From assembly GCA_964408485.1 (NCBI GenBank), contig CAYOZJ010000005.1, forward strand, positions 13,203-77,202: a DNA stretch of 64,000 nucleotides, in the 5' to 3' direction. The translations under genes and the position numbers were made by a program. Shown piece after piece: positions 26,665 through 36,386 of the stretch. Origin of the DNA: an uncultured Gammaproteobacteria bacterium. GTDB lineage: Bacteria; Patescibacteriota; Microgenomatia; Levybacterales; UBA12049. How positions within the stretch are numbered: the stretch's first letter is position 1; each line of letters starts with the position of its first letter. Below the pieces are notes generated by a model. It was not told the DNA's origin. It was given only the letters and a program-made list of their open reading frames with translations, and did not search any database.

Positions 26665-27936
26665 TTATGCTAATTTAAGAAGTGATTCAAATTGTGCTGT
26701 ATCTTTAAAATCTCCAATAATTGCTAAATTAAGTGTCTCTTCAACTAAGTATTTTTTGGCAACTCGCTCTAAATCAGCAATAGTCACTGCATCAATTTTC
26801 TGCATATTCTCTTCTGGATTTTCCAACCTCTTCTCAAGTAACTCTTGATGAGCATAATAGTCTGCAACAGATCGTGAATCTTCTAAATCAAGGACAAAGT
26901 GACCTTTAATATATTCTTTTGCTTTAATAAGCTCTTCTTCCTTAATATTTCCAGGCTGTTTTATTTTTTCAAGCTCTTCTAAAATAACTTTTATTGCACT
27001 TTCTACTCTATTTTTATCTACTCCCGCTGCGGTAACAAACGTCCCACAGTCTGTATAATTATCAGAGCTTGTTCTTACATAATAGGCTAATCCTCGCTTC
27101 TCTCTAACCTCGTTAAAAAGGCGTGAACTCATTCCTCCACCTAAAATTGCTGCTAATACTTCTAGTGCGTCTTCATCTGGATGGTCAAGCCCAACAGTCC
27201 TAACCCCAAGAGCCAAATGGACTTGTTCTGTTTTTTTATTTTTAATAAAAACAGCTGGTGTTTTTTGTGCGTCTACTACCTTACTCGCTTTTATAGTGCT
27301 AAATTTACTCATTGGGCCAAAGTATTTACTTACCAATTCTTCGGCAGTTGTATCGATACCACCTGCAACAACAACAGTCATATTATCCGGACTATACAGG
27401 CTCTGCATATATGTGACAAAATCCTCCCGCGTGATTGAGCGAATAACTTCTTTTGTCCCTGCTGTGTCCCATCCCATTGGGGTATCACCATACAAAAGTC
27501 TTTCGTAGATGTCTCCTAAATTTCGCATTGGCGTATCTTCATACATATTAATTTCCTCAATAATTACTCCTTTTTCTTTTTCTATCTCTGGCTTTGGAAG
27601 CAAAGAATCAGTAAGCATATCAGACAAAAGATCGAGACATGTCTCCACATGAGTGGATTGTGCTTTTATGTAATACCCAGTCGTCTCTTTACTCGTAAAT
27701 GCGTTAAATTCTCCACCAATTCCATCGATTAATCCTGCAATATCCATTGCAGATGGACGCTTTGTTGTGCCCTTGAAAGCCATGTGCTCGAGGAAATGGG
27801 AAATACCACTATTTTTTACTGTTTCGTATCTACTTCCTGCACCAACCATCACGAGGACTGTTGCGGACTCAAAGGAAGGCATTGGGATAATGAGTACCCG
27901 AAGACCATTTGGTAAAACTGTTTTTCTGTAATCCAT
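26665..27936 (-). CDS. M16 family zinc peptidase (pitrilysin)
   Basis: GSRYE, HFLEHMAFKGT, NAFTS.E.T, SSRLF.EVREKRGLAY. Confidence 0.93.
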   Translation of the reverse strand: MDYRKTVLPNGLRVLIIPMPSFESATVLVMVGAGSRYETVKNSGISHFLEHMAFKGTTKRPSAMDIAGLIDGIGGEFNAFTSKETTGYYIKAQSTHVETCLDLLSDMLTDSLLPKPEIEKEKGVIIEEINMYEDTPMRNLGDIYERLLYGDTPMGWDTAGTKEVIRSITREDFVTYMQSLYSPDNMTVVVAGGIDTTAEELVSKYFGPMSKFSTIKASKVVDAQKTPAVFIKNKKTEQVHLALGVRTVGLDHPDEDALEVLAAILGGGMSSRLFNEVREKRGLAYYVRTSSDNYTDCGTFVTAAGVDKNRVESAIKVILEELEKIKQPGNIKEEELIKAKEYIKGHFVLDLEDSRSVADYYAHQELLEKRLENPEENMQKIDAVTIADLERVAKKYLVEETLNLAIIGDFKDTAQFESLLKLA

Positions 27937-28126
27937 ACGTTCTAGACGATTGAAAATAGAATATGGAAGATAGGTTTAGAAGATGGAAAAATTGAGGATG
28001 GATTAGGACTTTCTATATTCTATTCTCAACCTTCTACCCCTATTTTCTACTATCAACCTTCTATTTCTTTCCATCTCAAAGTATATCACTGGAAAATTGG
28101 GTGGACAAGAGGGAAAAAAGGAAAAA

Positions 28127-28382
28127 TTATTTCTTTTCCAGCTTATCCAGCTCTTCTCTTATAACGCTGGCTTCCAATTCAAGCCTTCGTGCAGCTGCAG
28201 GGTCATCAACCAATGAAGCACGCTCTCTTTTTGTGAGCCCATGCAAATTGCATAGATTCTAAGATAGATTGTGGAGAAATTCCCTTGCCTTGAGATCTTC
28301 TTCTAAAAGAGCTAAGACCTTCTCTATATCTTTCTCGAGGATCTTTATCTCGTTGTGGTCCAGAATTGGTAGATGTTCTCAT
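28127..28382 (-). pseudogene. Possible frameshifted orphan gene
   Basis: TATAAT-N6-ATG 28382 opens 58 codons; an overlapping frame continues as ...ARRLELEASVIREELDKLEKK* to 28127. Confidence 0.35.
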
Positions 28383-28462
28383 GTCTGTATTATACTACAG
28401 GATTTCAAGTAGATCAATTGTATTTTGACTTATAGTAGGTATTACTGATAAAATCAGCTTGT

Positions 28463-28669
28463 ATGAAAAAATGTCCTGCATTTATTGACGCTCTCCCTGG
28501 AGTGGGTGACGTTGCATGCGGTGAGAAACGTCAAGAAGGAATTTACAATATGAGAAGACGCTGTCCAATTAAAAATCAAACTACCGAAAATTGTGAAATA
28601 GAAGGCCCTCTTGCTCCTTGGTTTGTGCGCAAATGGGAACATACCAGAGATGCTACAAAAAGAAGATAA
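28463..28669 (+). CDS. Small 4-Cys orphan protein
   Basis: 68 aa; TTGACT and TAAAAT upstream. Confidence 0.5.
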   Translation: MKKCPAFIDALPGVGDVACGEKRQEGIYNMRRRCPIKNQTTENCEIEGPLAPWFVRKWEHTRDATKRR

Positions 28670-28680
28670 AAACTTAATGT

Positions 28681-30510
28681 CTACATTTTCTCAGGAGCTT
28701 GGATACCAAGCAAATTAAGGCCTTGTTTTAAGACAATTCCCACTCCTTGAGTCAGCGCAAGTCTAAATTCTTTTTCTTTTTCTGAATCTGCATTCAGAAT
28801 TCTGTATTTTTGATAGAAATTGTTAAACATCTGAGATAACTCAAACACATATTCACAAATCATATTTGGTGCATAATTCTCTGCTGCAGATTCTACAGTT
28901 GGACCAAATTGAACAAGTTTTTGTAGTAAGATTTTCTCCTCACTCTGGGGTGTATAATCTGAGGATAATCTATTTTTTGCCTGAGCTGTGCCGCTTCGGG
29001 GAAGCAAATACTGAGTCGAGTGTCGAAGGCCCTTCGACTCACTCTGTTCGCTCAGGGAAGAAGAATTACTTTGGGCTTTACTTAAAACACTTTGGGTCCT
29101 GGCATATGTATACTGAATGTACGGTCCAGAATGCCCATCAAGAGATACTGATTTTTCAATATCAAAAACAGCATTCTGTGCTGTCCCACCTTTGAGAACC
29201 GAATATTTCACTGCACCGATGGTTACTTTTTCCAAAGCTTCATCTCTCTCTTCTCCAACAACTTTCCCTTCTTTAAAAAGACTGTCTGCAGCTGCCTTCA
29301 CCTGGTCAATAAGCCAATCAACAGTGAGTATATCTCCCGTACGTGAGCTCATTTTTTTACCAACCAACTGAACCATTCCCATAGACAGATGATATTGCTT
29401 ATCTTTAAACTTCTCTGGATCAAGTAATTCTAGGGCCTTGAAAACTACTTGAAAATACCCAGCCTGTTCATTGGCAACCACATGAATTTTTTTATCGAAG
29501 TGACTGGCTTCCCATTCATCATATGCATTTTGCATTTCTTTTCCTTCATACGTTGGATTTCCAGCTTGAGTTATGAATACACGCGTGTGAAGACCATACC
29601 TCTCGCCTGGGAAAATAACTGATCCATCTGGATCTTTAACAAATATTTTCCCAACATTTTTCTCAACAAGTTGCTTTCCCTTCTCATACATTTGGCTTTC
29701 TAAGAAAAGCTTGTCGTATTTTGTATAAAACCTACTATAAAACTCATCATAATAATCCATGCTCCACTTGTGCGTTTGCACATACATATCCCAGTGGTAT
29801 CCAGGTACTTTTCGATATAAATCATTATTAATTTTGTCAATTTTTTCCCTTTCCTGCTCATAATCAAGGTTCCCTCGAACATATCCTTCTCCTAAAAAGT
29901 GCGACTTGTCTTTTGCACTCCATTCCTCAACTTCATCAAGTTTTAAATCCTTTTCCTGCATGATTTTTTCTATACCATAGATTGCTTTCGCAACATGTGG
30001 TCCAATATCACCTTGGTAATTCGCACGGAAAACCTTAGCTCCTTGAGATTCTAAAAGCCTAGAAAGAGACTCACCTGTAATAAGCGTACGCATATGGCCA
30101 ATATGCATTTCTTTATGTGTATTTGGATGAGCAAATTCAACAAGATATTGAATATTTTCCATTTTCTTTGTTGTGGCAACTTTTTCCGGAGCATTAAGCA
30201 CATGCTCGAGATCCTTTTTTAATGTCTCTGCTGATAAGTAAAAATTAATAAACCCTGGGGTAGCTGCTTCTACTTTTTCTAGTTCTCCTGAGCCTGCCGA
30301 ATGGATTCCCGAGTAATTACCGAACTCCTTAACTATTTCTTGAGCAGTATCCAGTGGACTTTTACCTAAAATCTTGGATAATTGAAAAGCAACATTACTT
30401 GTGTAATCACCTTTACTGATATCTTTTGGTATAGATATTATAGTATTTACCTGCTTATCTGTTAATTTCTTAACAACTTCTTGTAATTTTTTTTGTAATT
30501 TATCTTTCAT
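28681..30510 (-). CDS. argS: Arginine--tRNA ligase with two in-frame palindromic insertions
   Basis: HPNTHKEMHIGH, KMSSRTGD, GPYIQYTYAR.QS, GLNLLGI.APEKM. Confidence 0.95.
   Translation of the reverse strand: MKDKLQKKLQEVVKKLTDKQVNTIISIPKDISKGDYTSNVAFQLSKILGKSPLDTAQEIVKEFGNYSGIHSAGSGELEKVEAATPGFINFYLSAETLKKDLEHVLNAPEKVATTKKMENIQYLVEFAHPNTHKEMHIGHMRTLITGESLSRLLESQGAKVFRANYQGDIGPHVAKAIYGIEKIMQEKDLKLDEVEEWSAKDKSHFLGEGYVRGNLDYEQEREKIDKINNDLYRKVPGYHWDMYVQTHKWSMDYYDEFYSRFYTKYDKLFLESQMYEKGKQLVEKNVGKIFVKDPDGSVIFPGERYGLHTRVFITQAGNPTYEGKEMQNAYDEWEASHFDKKIHVVANEQAGYFQVVFKALELLDPEKFKDKQYHLSMGMVQLVGKKMSSRTGDILTVDWLIDQVKAAADSLFKEGKVVGEERDEALEKVTIGAVKYSVLKGGTAQNAVFDIEKSVSLDGHSGPYIQYTYARTQSVLSKAQSNSSSLSEQSESKGLRHSTQYLLPRSGTAQAKNRLSSDYTPQSEEKILLQKLVQFGPTVESAAENYAPNMICEYVFELSQMFNNFYQKYRILNADSEKEKEFRLALTQGVGIVLKQGLNLLGIQAPEKM
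28972..29057. repeat. Composite palindromic insertion in argS
   Basis: 28972-29030 is identical (59 bp) to 43143-43201 in leuS. Confidence 0.9.
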
Positions 30511-30515
30511 AGTTT

Positions 30516-30575
30516 TGTCATTCCTACGAAGGCAGGAATCTAGTTTCTGGATCCCGGATCAAGTCCGGGATGACA
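30516..30575. repeat. TGTCAT...ATGACA palindromic element overlapping the MBL-gene stop
   Basis: tgtcattcctacgaaggcaggaatc...gatcccggatcaagtccgggatgaca. Confidence 0.85.
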
Positions 30576-31149
30576 TCTTTTTATTCTCAAACATTTTTCC
30601 ATGACCCGGAATAATCCAATCTGCTAGCTCCAAAATTTCTTTACGTGAAGTAACTAACTCATCCATCTTTTCTGCAAAATCATCCGATTTTTCTACATTT
30701 ACCACCTGCTCTTCTCCTTCTGACCACCAAAAACAATCTCCTGCAGCAACAACTGTGCCATTTTCTGTTGGAACAACAAGAGAAGCATGCGCATATTCGT
30801 GCCCAGGGGTTGCAATAACAGTAATATCTGTGTCGGGAAGCATTTTTACGCCTGCAACAGCAACAGACTGCATGTAGACAGCCTCTTCATCTATTACTTT
30901 TGCATTAGGAAATAATCCCACATTCATTGCATGATCCAAATGATGATGGGTAATAAAGACCATATCGATATCTTCAATGCTTAAACTTCTCTTTTTAAGC
31001 TCTGCAAATAATAAATCCCTATTTGCTCCAGGATCTACAAGAATCTTCTTGCCACTACCAGTCACAATAAGAGTACAGGAGCTGCTTGCATCCCAACCAG
31101 CCTCAGTTATCTTTGCATATCCTTCAATTAAAACGTCAACTTTATTCAT
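30559..31149 (-). CDS. Metallo-beta-lactamase fold hydrolase
   Basis: LVDPG, THHHLDH, TPGH, AGD, IIPGHG. Confidence 0.9.
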   Translation of the reverse strand: MNKVDVLIEGYAKITEAGWDASSSCTLIVTGSGKKILVDPGANRDLLFAELKKRSLSIEDIDMVFITHHHLDHAMNVGLFPNAKVIDEEAVYMQSVAVAGVKMLPDTDITVIATPGHEYAHASLVVPTENGTVVAAGDCFWWSEGEEQVVNVEKSDDFAEKMDELVTSRKEILELADWIIPGHGKMFENKKMSSRT

Positions 31150-31191
31150 ACTACAGCTATTATACTCACAACAGATTCTGTTTTAAACCAT

Positions 31192-31250
31192 AAAAAAATC
31201 CGCTCCTTCAGGCCTCCTTACTGAGGCCCTGAAGCAACGGACTTTCGGAA
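31192..31250 (-). ncRNA. Candidate small RNA, or long terminator hairpin with its own promoter
   Basis: TTGACA (31284-31279), N17, TAAAGT, then 43-nt hairpin 31241-31199 and T7. Confidence 0.35.
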
Positions 31251-31294
31251 GTACTACTTTACTACAGGTTAGCGTGCCTGTCAAGGGGGTAAAA

Positions 31295-31687
31295 TTAGGC
31301 AAAATTACCCTGATCAGATGCATCTGGTGCATTGGTACCATGATGGGTAAATCGCAAATCCTCACTGTTAATGCCTACAACAGTACTTCCACCAGGACCA
31401 AAGCGTGAAATTCTTGCGGGACCGATAACATTTTTACGCGTAATAGTCATTCCCACTGTTGGCCCGTCATCTTTAGCTATAACGCTCCCATCATTATTAC
31501 TACTTACGGTAGTTGAGCCATTGTCTGGTATTACTCTTGTTCCATCCGCTAATGTTTATGTGCCAATACTGTCAACAACTCCCAATCCTTTTCCTACTGG
31601 CACAGGACTAGCATAAATAACACGTGTACCGTTAATTCCTCTATCAACAGCTGGCAAAAGTGCTTCACCGATTAATCTTCCAATCAT
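31295..31687 (-). pseudogene. Orphan gene interrupted by one in-frame TAA
   Basis: TATAAT just upstream of ATG 31687; 43 codons, TAA 31558-31556, same frame open to TAA 31297-31295. Confidence 0.55.
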
Positions 31688-31771
31688 TAATCTATTATAT
31701 CATCACTACAGGATAATTCAAGTCTATTTTGCCTTGATTATTACTATAAACGGAGTATAATAATCGGATCT

Positions 31772-32038
31772 ATGGGAATTGAAGTTGAAGAAGCAGGAAA
31801 CAGCACTCTTCCTCAAGGAGGAAAATTTGAGAAATTAACTGATAGTAGAAGATATGCTATCTTGGATTCTTCTGGTCACCCTACTGAAGCTACAGTTCGA
31901 ACATTTCCTCGAGGTGTGGGTCAAGGAGGTTCTGCACACGTTAAAAGAGAAATTTTAGGTGAAACAGAAAGAGTAGAAATCAAAGCTGGTGAGAGAAGAC
32001 CTTTGGGTATAGGCGGTATTGTTTTAAAGGGTTATTAA
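31772..32038 (+). CDS. Small orphan protein
   Basis: 88 aa, TATAAT upstream. Confidence 0.55.
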   Translation: MGIEVEEAGNSTLPQGGKFEKLTDSRRYAILDSSGHPTEATVRTFPRGVGQGGSAHVKREILGETERVEIKAGERRPLGIGGIVLKGY

Positions 32039-32149
32039 TCCTTTCCTCTTGACACCATTCCCCCATTGGTTCAGTATAAAACTAGAGGAGTTACCCTCAC
32101 CTTAATCCTCTCTCTGTCAACAGGGCGAGGAAAATCAAGGAAGGAAAGC

Positions 32150-32587
32150 ATGAAGATACTTTTAATTGATGACGAGGAAGCAATCTTGGATGTTTTTAAG
32201 CAAGCCTTAGAAACCTCCAATTTTGAAGTTATTACCGCACTTACTGGCTCTGAGGGAATGGACAAAACCAAAAATGAGCATCCGGATGTTATTTTTCTTG
32301 ACCAAGTTTTGCCTGACATGAATGGTAATCAAGTACTGCAACAACTAAAGGCAGATCCTGATACAAAGGCCATACCCATTGCAATTCTTTCCAACTTTAA
32401 CCAAGACACACTTGTCCAAAATGCGATGAAAATGGGTGCGTCAGACTATATATTAAAGTATCAAATATCACCAAATGATTTGGCTACAAAGGCTAACGCA
32501 CTTTTACAGGAAGTACACAAAGCAGAGCCTTCTCCACAAACCATTCACCCGGTTAAAATAGTACCAAAAATAGAAATTAAGAATTAA
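32150..32587 (+). CDS. Single-domain response regulator (CheY-like)
   Basis: KILLIDDE, PDVIFLD..LP.MNG, GA.DYI.K; AAGGA SD before ATG 32150. Confidence 0.9.
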   Translation: MKILLIDDEEAILDVFKQALETSNFEVITALTGSEGMDKTKNEHPDVIFLDQVLPDMNGNQVLQQLKADPDTKAIPIAILSNFNQDTLVQNAMKMGASDYILKYQISPNDLATKANALLQEVHKAEPSPQTIHPVKIVPKIEIKN

Positions 32588-32598
32588 AATTTTATACT

Positions 32599-33027
32599 AT
32601 GAATCCAAATCAGGACTACAAACAACTATTAACAGAAGTTATTAAAAAACAAATTGTTATTTTAGGTCCAGATATTACGCTTTCCAAAGCTCGCAATGTG
32701 AAAGGACTTGTGGTTGCAAATGATGGAACTGTTACTGCATATACGGGCGAGCCTCAAGCAGTAACTCAAGCATTGATTGATCAATTTGTCCAACTTTCTG
32801 GCCTTATCGTAAAGCAGACAATGGAACCACTTCTCTCGATGCCACAACCAACACTTCAAAACCCTTCTGTCATTGCGAGTGAAACGAAGCAATCTAATAC
32901 TAATAACGAGATTGCCGCGTCGCAAGCTCCTCGCAATGACGTGAGTACACCAGCTCAACCTATTACATCTGTGGCTACTCCCCCTACAACCACCCCTACT
33001 CCTGCTAAAAATCCATTGGCAGCATAA
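32599..33027 (+). CDS. Hypothetical protein of the two-component cluster; C-tail contains in-frame palindrome 32869-32940
   Basis: KKQ..ILGP.I.L.KAR.V.GL.V..DG.V domain; tail VIASETKQS..EIAASQAPRND. Confidence 0.7.
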   Translation: MNPNQDYKQLLTEVIKKQIVILGPDITLSKARNVKGLVVANDGTVTAYTGEPQAVTQALIDQFVQLSGLIVKQTMEPLLSMPQPTLQNPSVIASETKQSNTNNEIAASQAPRNDVSTPAQPITSVATPPTTTPTPAKNPLAA

Positions 33028-33213
33028 CTGTATTGACCCCGATTGAATCGGGGTTGACAATTGATCAATGATGGTTGACTATTAAATAGATCCTGGAATT
33101 GGAAGGATGCGCCAGAAAGGAAAGTAACCTAATTATCTAATTGACCTAATTAACCTAAAGATAAAGTACCTTATTTTTAGAAATTAGAAATTAGAAATTA
33201 GAAATTTTAGGCT

Positions 33214-33573
33214 ATGCTTAATATTGACCCACAACGATTATTAACCGTCATAATAGAGGCTGGAAGCTTTATGTCTGCATTTGCCGCAATCGCTGCTGGC
33301 ATTGTCATGGCCAGTGTCACCAAGAAATTTGGTACAGGTATTTTAGCAAGTGGGTTTAAAACAAATTCGTGGGGAGTATTTTTTATTGCATTTGGCATTA
33401 TTATTGACGCGCTCAATTCGTACCTGACTGTTAACAACTATACTGCAGTACTTCCACCATATGTTTCGATATGTATTCTTTTGGCAAAAGAAGCGTGCTT
33501 TGTTGTTGGTACATACATTATTGTTATTGGAAGCAAGAAAACAGGTGATAAATTAGAATCCCTCATGAAATAA
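33214..33573 (+). CDS. Small 3-TM membrane protein of the signalling cluster
   Basis: Hydrophobic helices, KKFGTG.LA.GFK. Confidence 0.7.
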   Translation: MLNIDPQRLLTVIIEAGSFMSAFAAIAAGIVMASVTKKFGTGILASGFKTNSWGVFFIAFGIIIDALNSYLTVNNYTAVLPPYVSICILLAKEACFVVGTYIIVIGSKKTGDKLESLMK

Positions 33574-33626
33574 TTCCCCATTGCCATTGCTTTTATCTTC
33601 TCTACAGCCTTATAATACGTCAACTT

Positions 33627-34154
33627 ATGGCTACTGACGAAGCAAGGCAGTACGAACAAATCAATGAAAACTGGGATAGCTTAATGCGTACTGCATTAGG
33701 AAAAGGATTAAGCCCTCAAGATGCTCAGGACGCTGTTCAAAATGCATATCTAACTGTTCTCTCCAAACCCAAATATAGATCAACGGCGCATGTAGGCACA
33801 TTGGTTGCTGTTACCAGATCCAGAGCAGTAGATCTTCAGAGAAGAAATGCTCCAGGAAAAAGACGAGCACAACCAATAGATAGCTTACCAATACATGCGC
33901 AGGAAATATTACTCAGAGATCATCAAACAGAAAGCCCCGAAGCTGTAGCTCTGAGACGAGAAGAGTATGCAGCAATTAGTGATGGATTAAGTAAAACCAA
34001 ACCAAATAACAGAAGAGCGTTTCTTCTTCATGTCAGGGAAGGTATGCCATATAGCGAAATTGCAGATACAACTGAAACAAGCACCAGTAACGTAAAGACA
34101 CAAATTCATAGAGCTCGAGGAAGTATTAAAAAATCTGTTAGCCAACTCGGGTAG
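33627..34154 (+). CDS. ECF-type RNA polymerase sigma factor (divergent)
   Basis: DAQDAVQ.AY (region 2); RRAFLL...EGM.Y.EIA......SNVKTQIHRAR (region 4). Confidence 0.8.
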   Translation: MATDEARQYEQINENWDSLMRTALGKGLSPQDAQDAVQNAYLTVLSKPKYRSTAHVGTLVAVTRSRAVDLQRRNAPGKRRAQPIDSLPIHAQEILLRDHQTESPEAVALRREEYAAISDGLSKTKPNNRRAFLLHVREGMPYSEIADTTETSTSNVKTQIHRARGSIKKSVSQLG

Positions 34155-34195
34155 TTCCCCTTTACTTTTTTCTTTCCCCTTTCCATACTAATTGT

Positions 34196-35992
34196 ATGGA
34201 CATATTTCCCCTTTTAACTCTTGGAGGCATGGTTGGATTTGCTATTTTAGCAATATATTTTGCACTGACAAGTAAGAATCTTAAAAAGACCATTAACCAA
34301 CATGATATTGTACAAAAAAGACGCTTGTACGAAATTGCGGTGCTCAAGACAATTCAAGATAGAATTGGCTACTCGCTTGATGTAGAACGTGTTATTGATA
34401 CGCTTACTGGAAGTCTTAAAAATCTCTTTCCCTACTCTACTGTATCCTCTCTTATTTTACATGCTGAAGAAGTTATTATTAAGACAACACTTGAGGAAAA
34501 GGTTGGGACACAATTTTTAGAGCAAGTCAAAAAAAGCATGCTTGCCTCAATGAGCAGTCTTGCTACAACTCCCCTTCCCCAACATGTTGAAGAGATACGC
34601 ACAGGGCTTGTCATAGATGATACGAATCCTAAGCAATTAGCTTCGTTTTTTCATATCCCTCTTATCGTGAATGGTCAAATTGTTGGGCTTATTAGTATTT
34701 GCTCTACCAAACCAGGATTATACAAGGAAGAAGATATGACAATTATGTACCAACTCACTGCAACAGCATCCAATGCGCTTTCCCGTCTGCGTGCTCTCAT
34801 AAGCAATGAGCAAGAAAAGCTAACAGCCATGATAACAAGCCTTGCCGATGGCATTGTGATGATAGATAACACCTATAAATTAACCTTTATTAACCAATCT
34901 GCAAGAAATCTAATTGGCATTCCCCACTTAAGTAATCCCACTATCTTTGATGTCGTGAATATGTTGTCTAAAGAAAAGGATTTTGGCGCAAAAATTAAAG
35001 AAGCGCTTTCGCAAAATAAGATTATTGAAGAAAAAGAACTCCATTTAGGAGATGAAACAGTCGCTCAAGTTATTGTAACCCCCGTTTTGGGGGCTGTAGA
35101 AGACACAGAGACTTTAGATAGAAAGGTTATGGGAGTGACAGTGCTTATTCATGACATAACGCTTGAAAAAGGCCTACAGCAAATGAAGGAAGATTTTACC
35201 AATGCAGTTGTTCATGAATTGAGAAGTCCTTTAACAGCCATTAAAGCAGCAAGCGAGATGATGGTGAGTAATGCCGAGCTTCCTGCATCAGATAAAAAAC
35301 TCGCAACGATTATTGAGCAACAATCTAAACGACTTCTGAATGATATTAATTCCCTTTTGGATGCTGCCAAATTGGAGGCAGGTCATTTTACTGTCTGGCA
35401 AGCACCATTTGACATGAGTAAAGTTGCAACAGAAACAATTTCTCTTTTCCAGCCGGAAGCTATAAAAAAACAAATTACTATTACCTACCAGGTTGAGGAT
35501 GCATTACCACTCGCATTCATAGATAGCAGCCGCATGGCACAGGTACTGAATAATTTATTATCAAATAGCCTTAAATTCACTCCTGCTGGCGGAAAAATTA
35601 CTATTAAAATAGTTGGACAATATAATAATCAGCTTCCCACAACACCAACCAATCCCGGAATACTCGTGTCAGTAAGCGATACTGGTATTGGTATACCACA
35701 GGACAAGCAAAAACAGCTTTTTACAAAATTTGCATCGCTCCAAAAACCACAAATGAGCATGCGCGCAGATCATGGACAGCAACCTGAAATAACCGAAGGC
35801 ACAGGACTTGGACTTTTCATTGCTAAAGGAATTGTAGAGGCACATGGAGGAAATATTTATGTTAATTCTACTCCCGAACATGGGACAACCATTTTCTTTA
35901 CCCTGCCTGTTGCACATGAAGAAGCAAAAACACTACTTAACCCTAAGCTACAAAGTGTCTTGGAACAATATACGCCAAAGGTACTGAATTAA
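34196..35992 (+). CDS. Sensor histidine kinase (TM-GAF-PAS-HisKA-HATPase)
   Basis: HELRSPL, NLLSNSLKFT, DTGIGI, GTGLGL, G.TIFFTLP. Confidence 0.93.
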   Translation: MDIFPLLTLGGMVGFAILAIYFALTSKNLKKTINQHDIVQKRRLYEIAVLKTIQDRIGYSLDVERVIDTLTGSLKNLFPYSTVSSLILHAEEVIIKTTLEEKVGTQFLEQVKKSMLASMSSLATTPLPQHVEEIRTGLVIDDTNPKQLASFFHIPLIVNGQIVGLISICSTKPGLYKEEDMTIMYQLTATASNALSRLRALISNEQEKLTAMITSLADGIVMIDNTYKLTFINQSARNLIGIPHLSNPTIFDVVNMLSKEKDFGAKIKEALSQNKIIEEKELHLGDETVAQVIVTPVLGAVEDTETLDRKVMGVTVLIHDITLEKGLQQMKEDFTNAVVHELRSPLTAIKAASEMMVSNAELPASDKKLATIIEQQSKRLLNDINSLLDAAKLEAGHFTVWQAPFDMSKVATETISLFQPEAIKKQITITYQVEDALPLAFIDSSRMAQVLNNLLSNSLKFTPAGGKITIKIVGQYNNQLPTTPTNPGILVSVSDTGIGIPQDKQKQLFTKFASLQKPQMSMRADHGQQPEITEGTGLGLFIAKGIVEAHGGNIYVNSTPEHGTTIFFTLPVAHEEAKTLLNPKLQSVLEQYTPKVLN

Positions 35993-36252
35993 GAGTTACT
36001 TAAGGGTCCATCAAAATGATTACGAAATGCTTCCTGGGACATAATATGATCTAAACCATCCGCAAGAGCAAAACGAACATGACCTGTTCCCTTTTCTACT
36101 GGTCGGTTATTAATATCCCTCTCTTCTATAGCTTGAACTACCGCACGTTCACCTTCACGAATACCATAACCAATACCATCAGTTACAGGTCTAGGCAAAC
36201 CATTCCTTCTATACAACTGTCCTGCTTGTATTTGAGGCTTTCTTCCTAACAT
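35989..36252 (-). CDS. Small orphan, possibly SH3-like beta barrel
   Basis: ATG 36252; beta-strand pattern. Confidence 0.45.
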   Translation of the reverse strand: MLGRKPQIQAGQLYRRNGLPRPVTDGIGYGIREGERAVVQAIEERDINNRPVEKGTGHVRFALADGLDHIMSQEAFRNHFDGPLSNS

Positions 36253-36386
36253 GAATCCTATATTACTCTCTCTCTGAGAAATTTTCAAGAGGTAACTTGA
36301 GGCTAAAAAGGGATAGCATAAAGACTTTAGTAGAATCGCCAGGATAAAAGAAAAATAAGAATTATCCAGTAAAAGAGGTAAAGGTA

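Noticed and set aside
28393-28425. Possible argS 3'-end remnant (QNTIDLLEIL*)
   Set aside because: Only vague amino-acid resemblance and no convincing nucleotide identity.
31192-31250. SRP (4.5S) RNA
   Set aside because: Lacks the conserved GNRA-capped domain IV with the CAGG/AGCA internal loop.
31556-31558. Stop-codon reassignment explaining interrupted orphans
   Set aside because: TAA, TAG and TGA all end conserved genes here (rplK TAA, argS TAG, leuS TGA), so standard code 11 applies.
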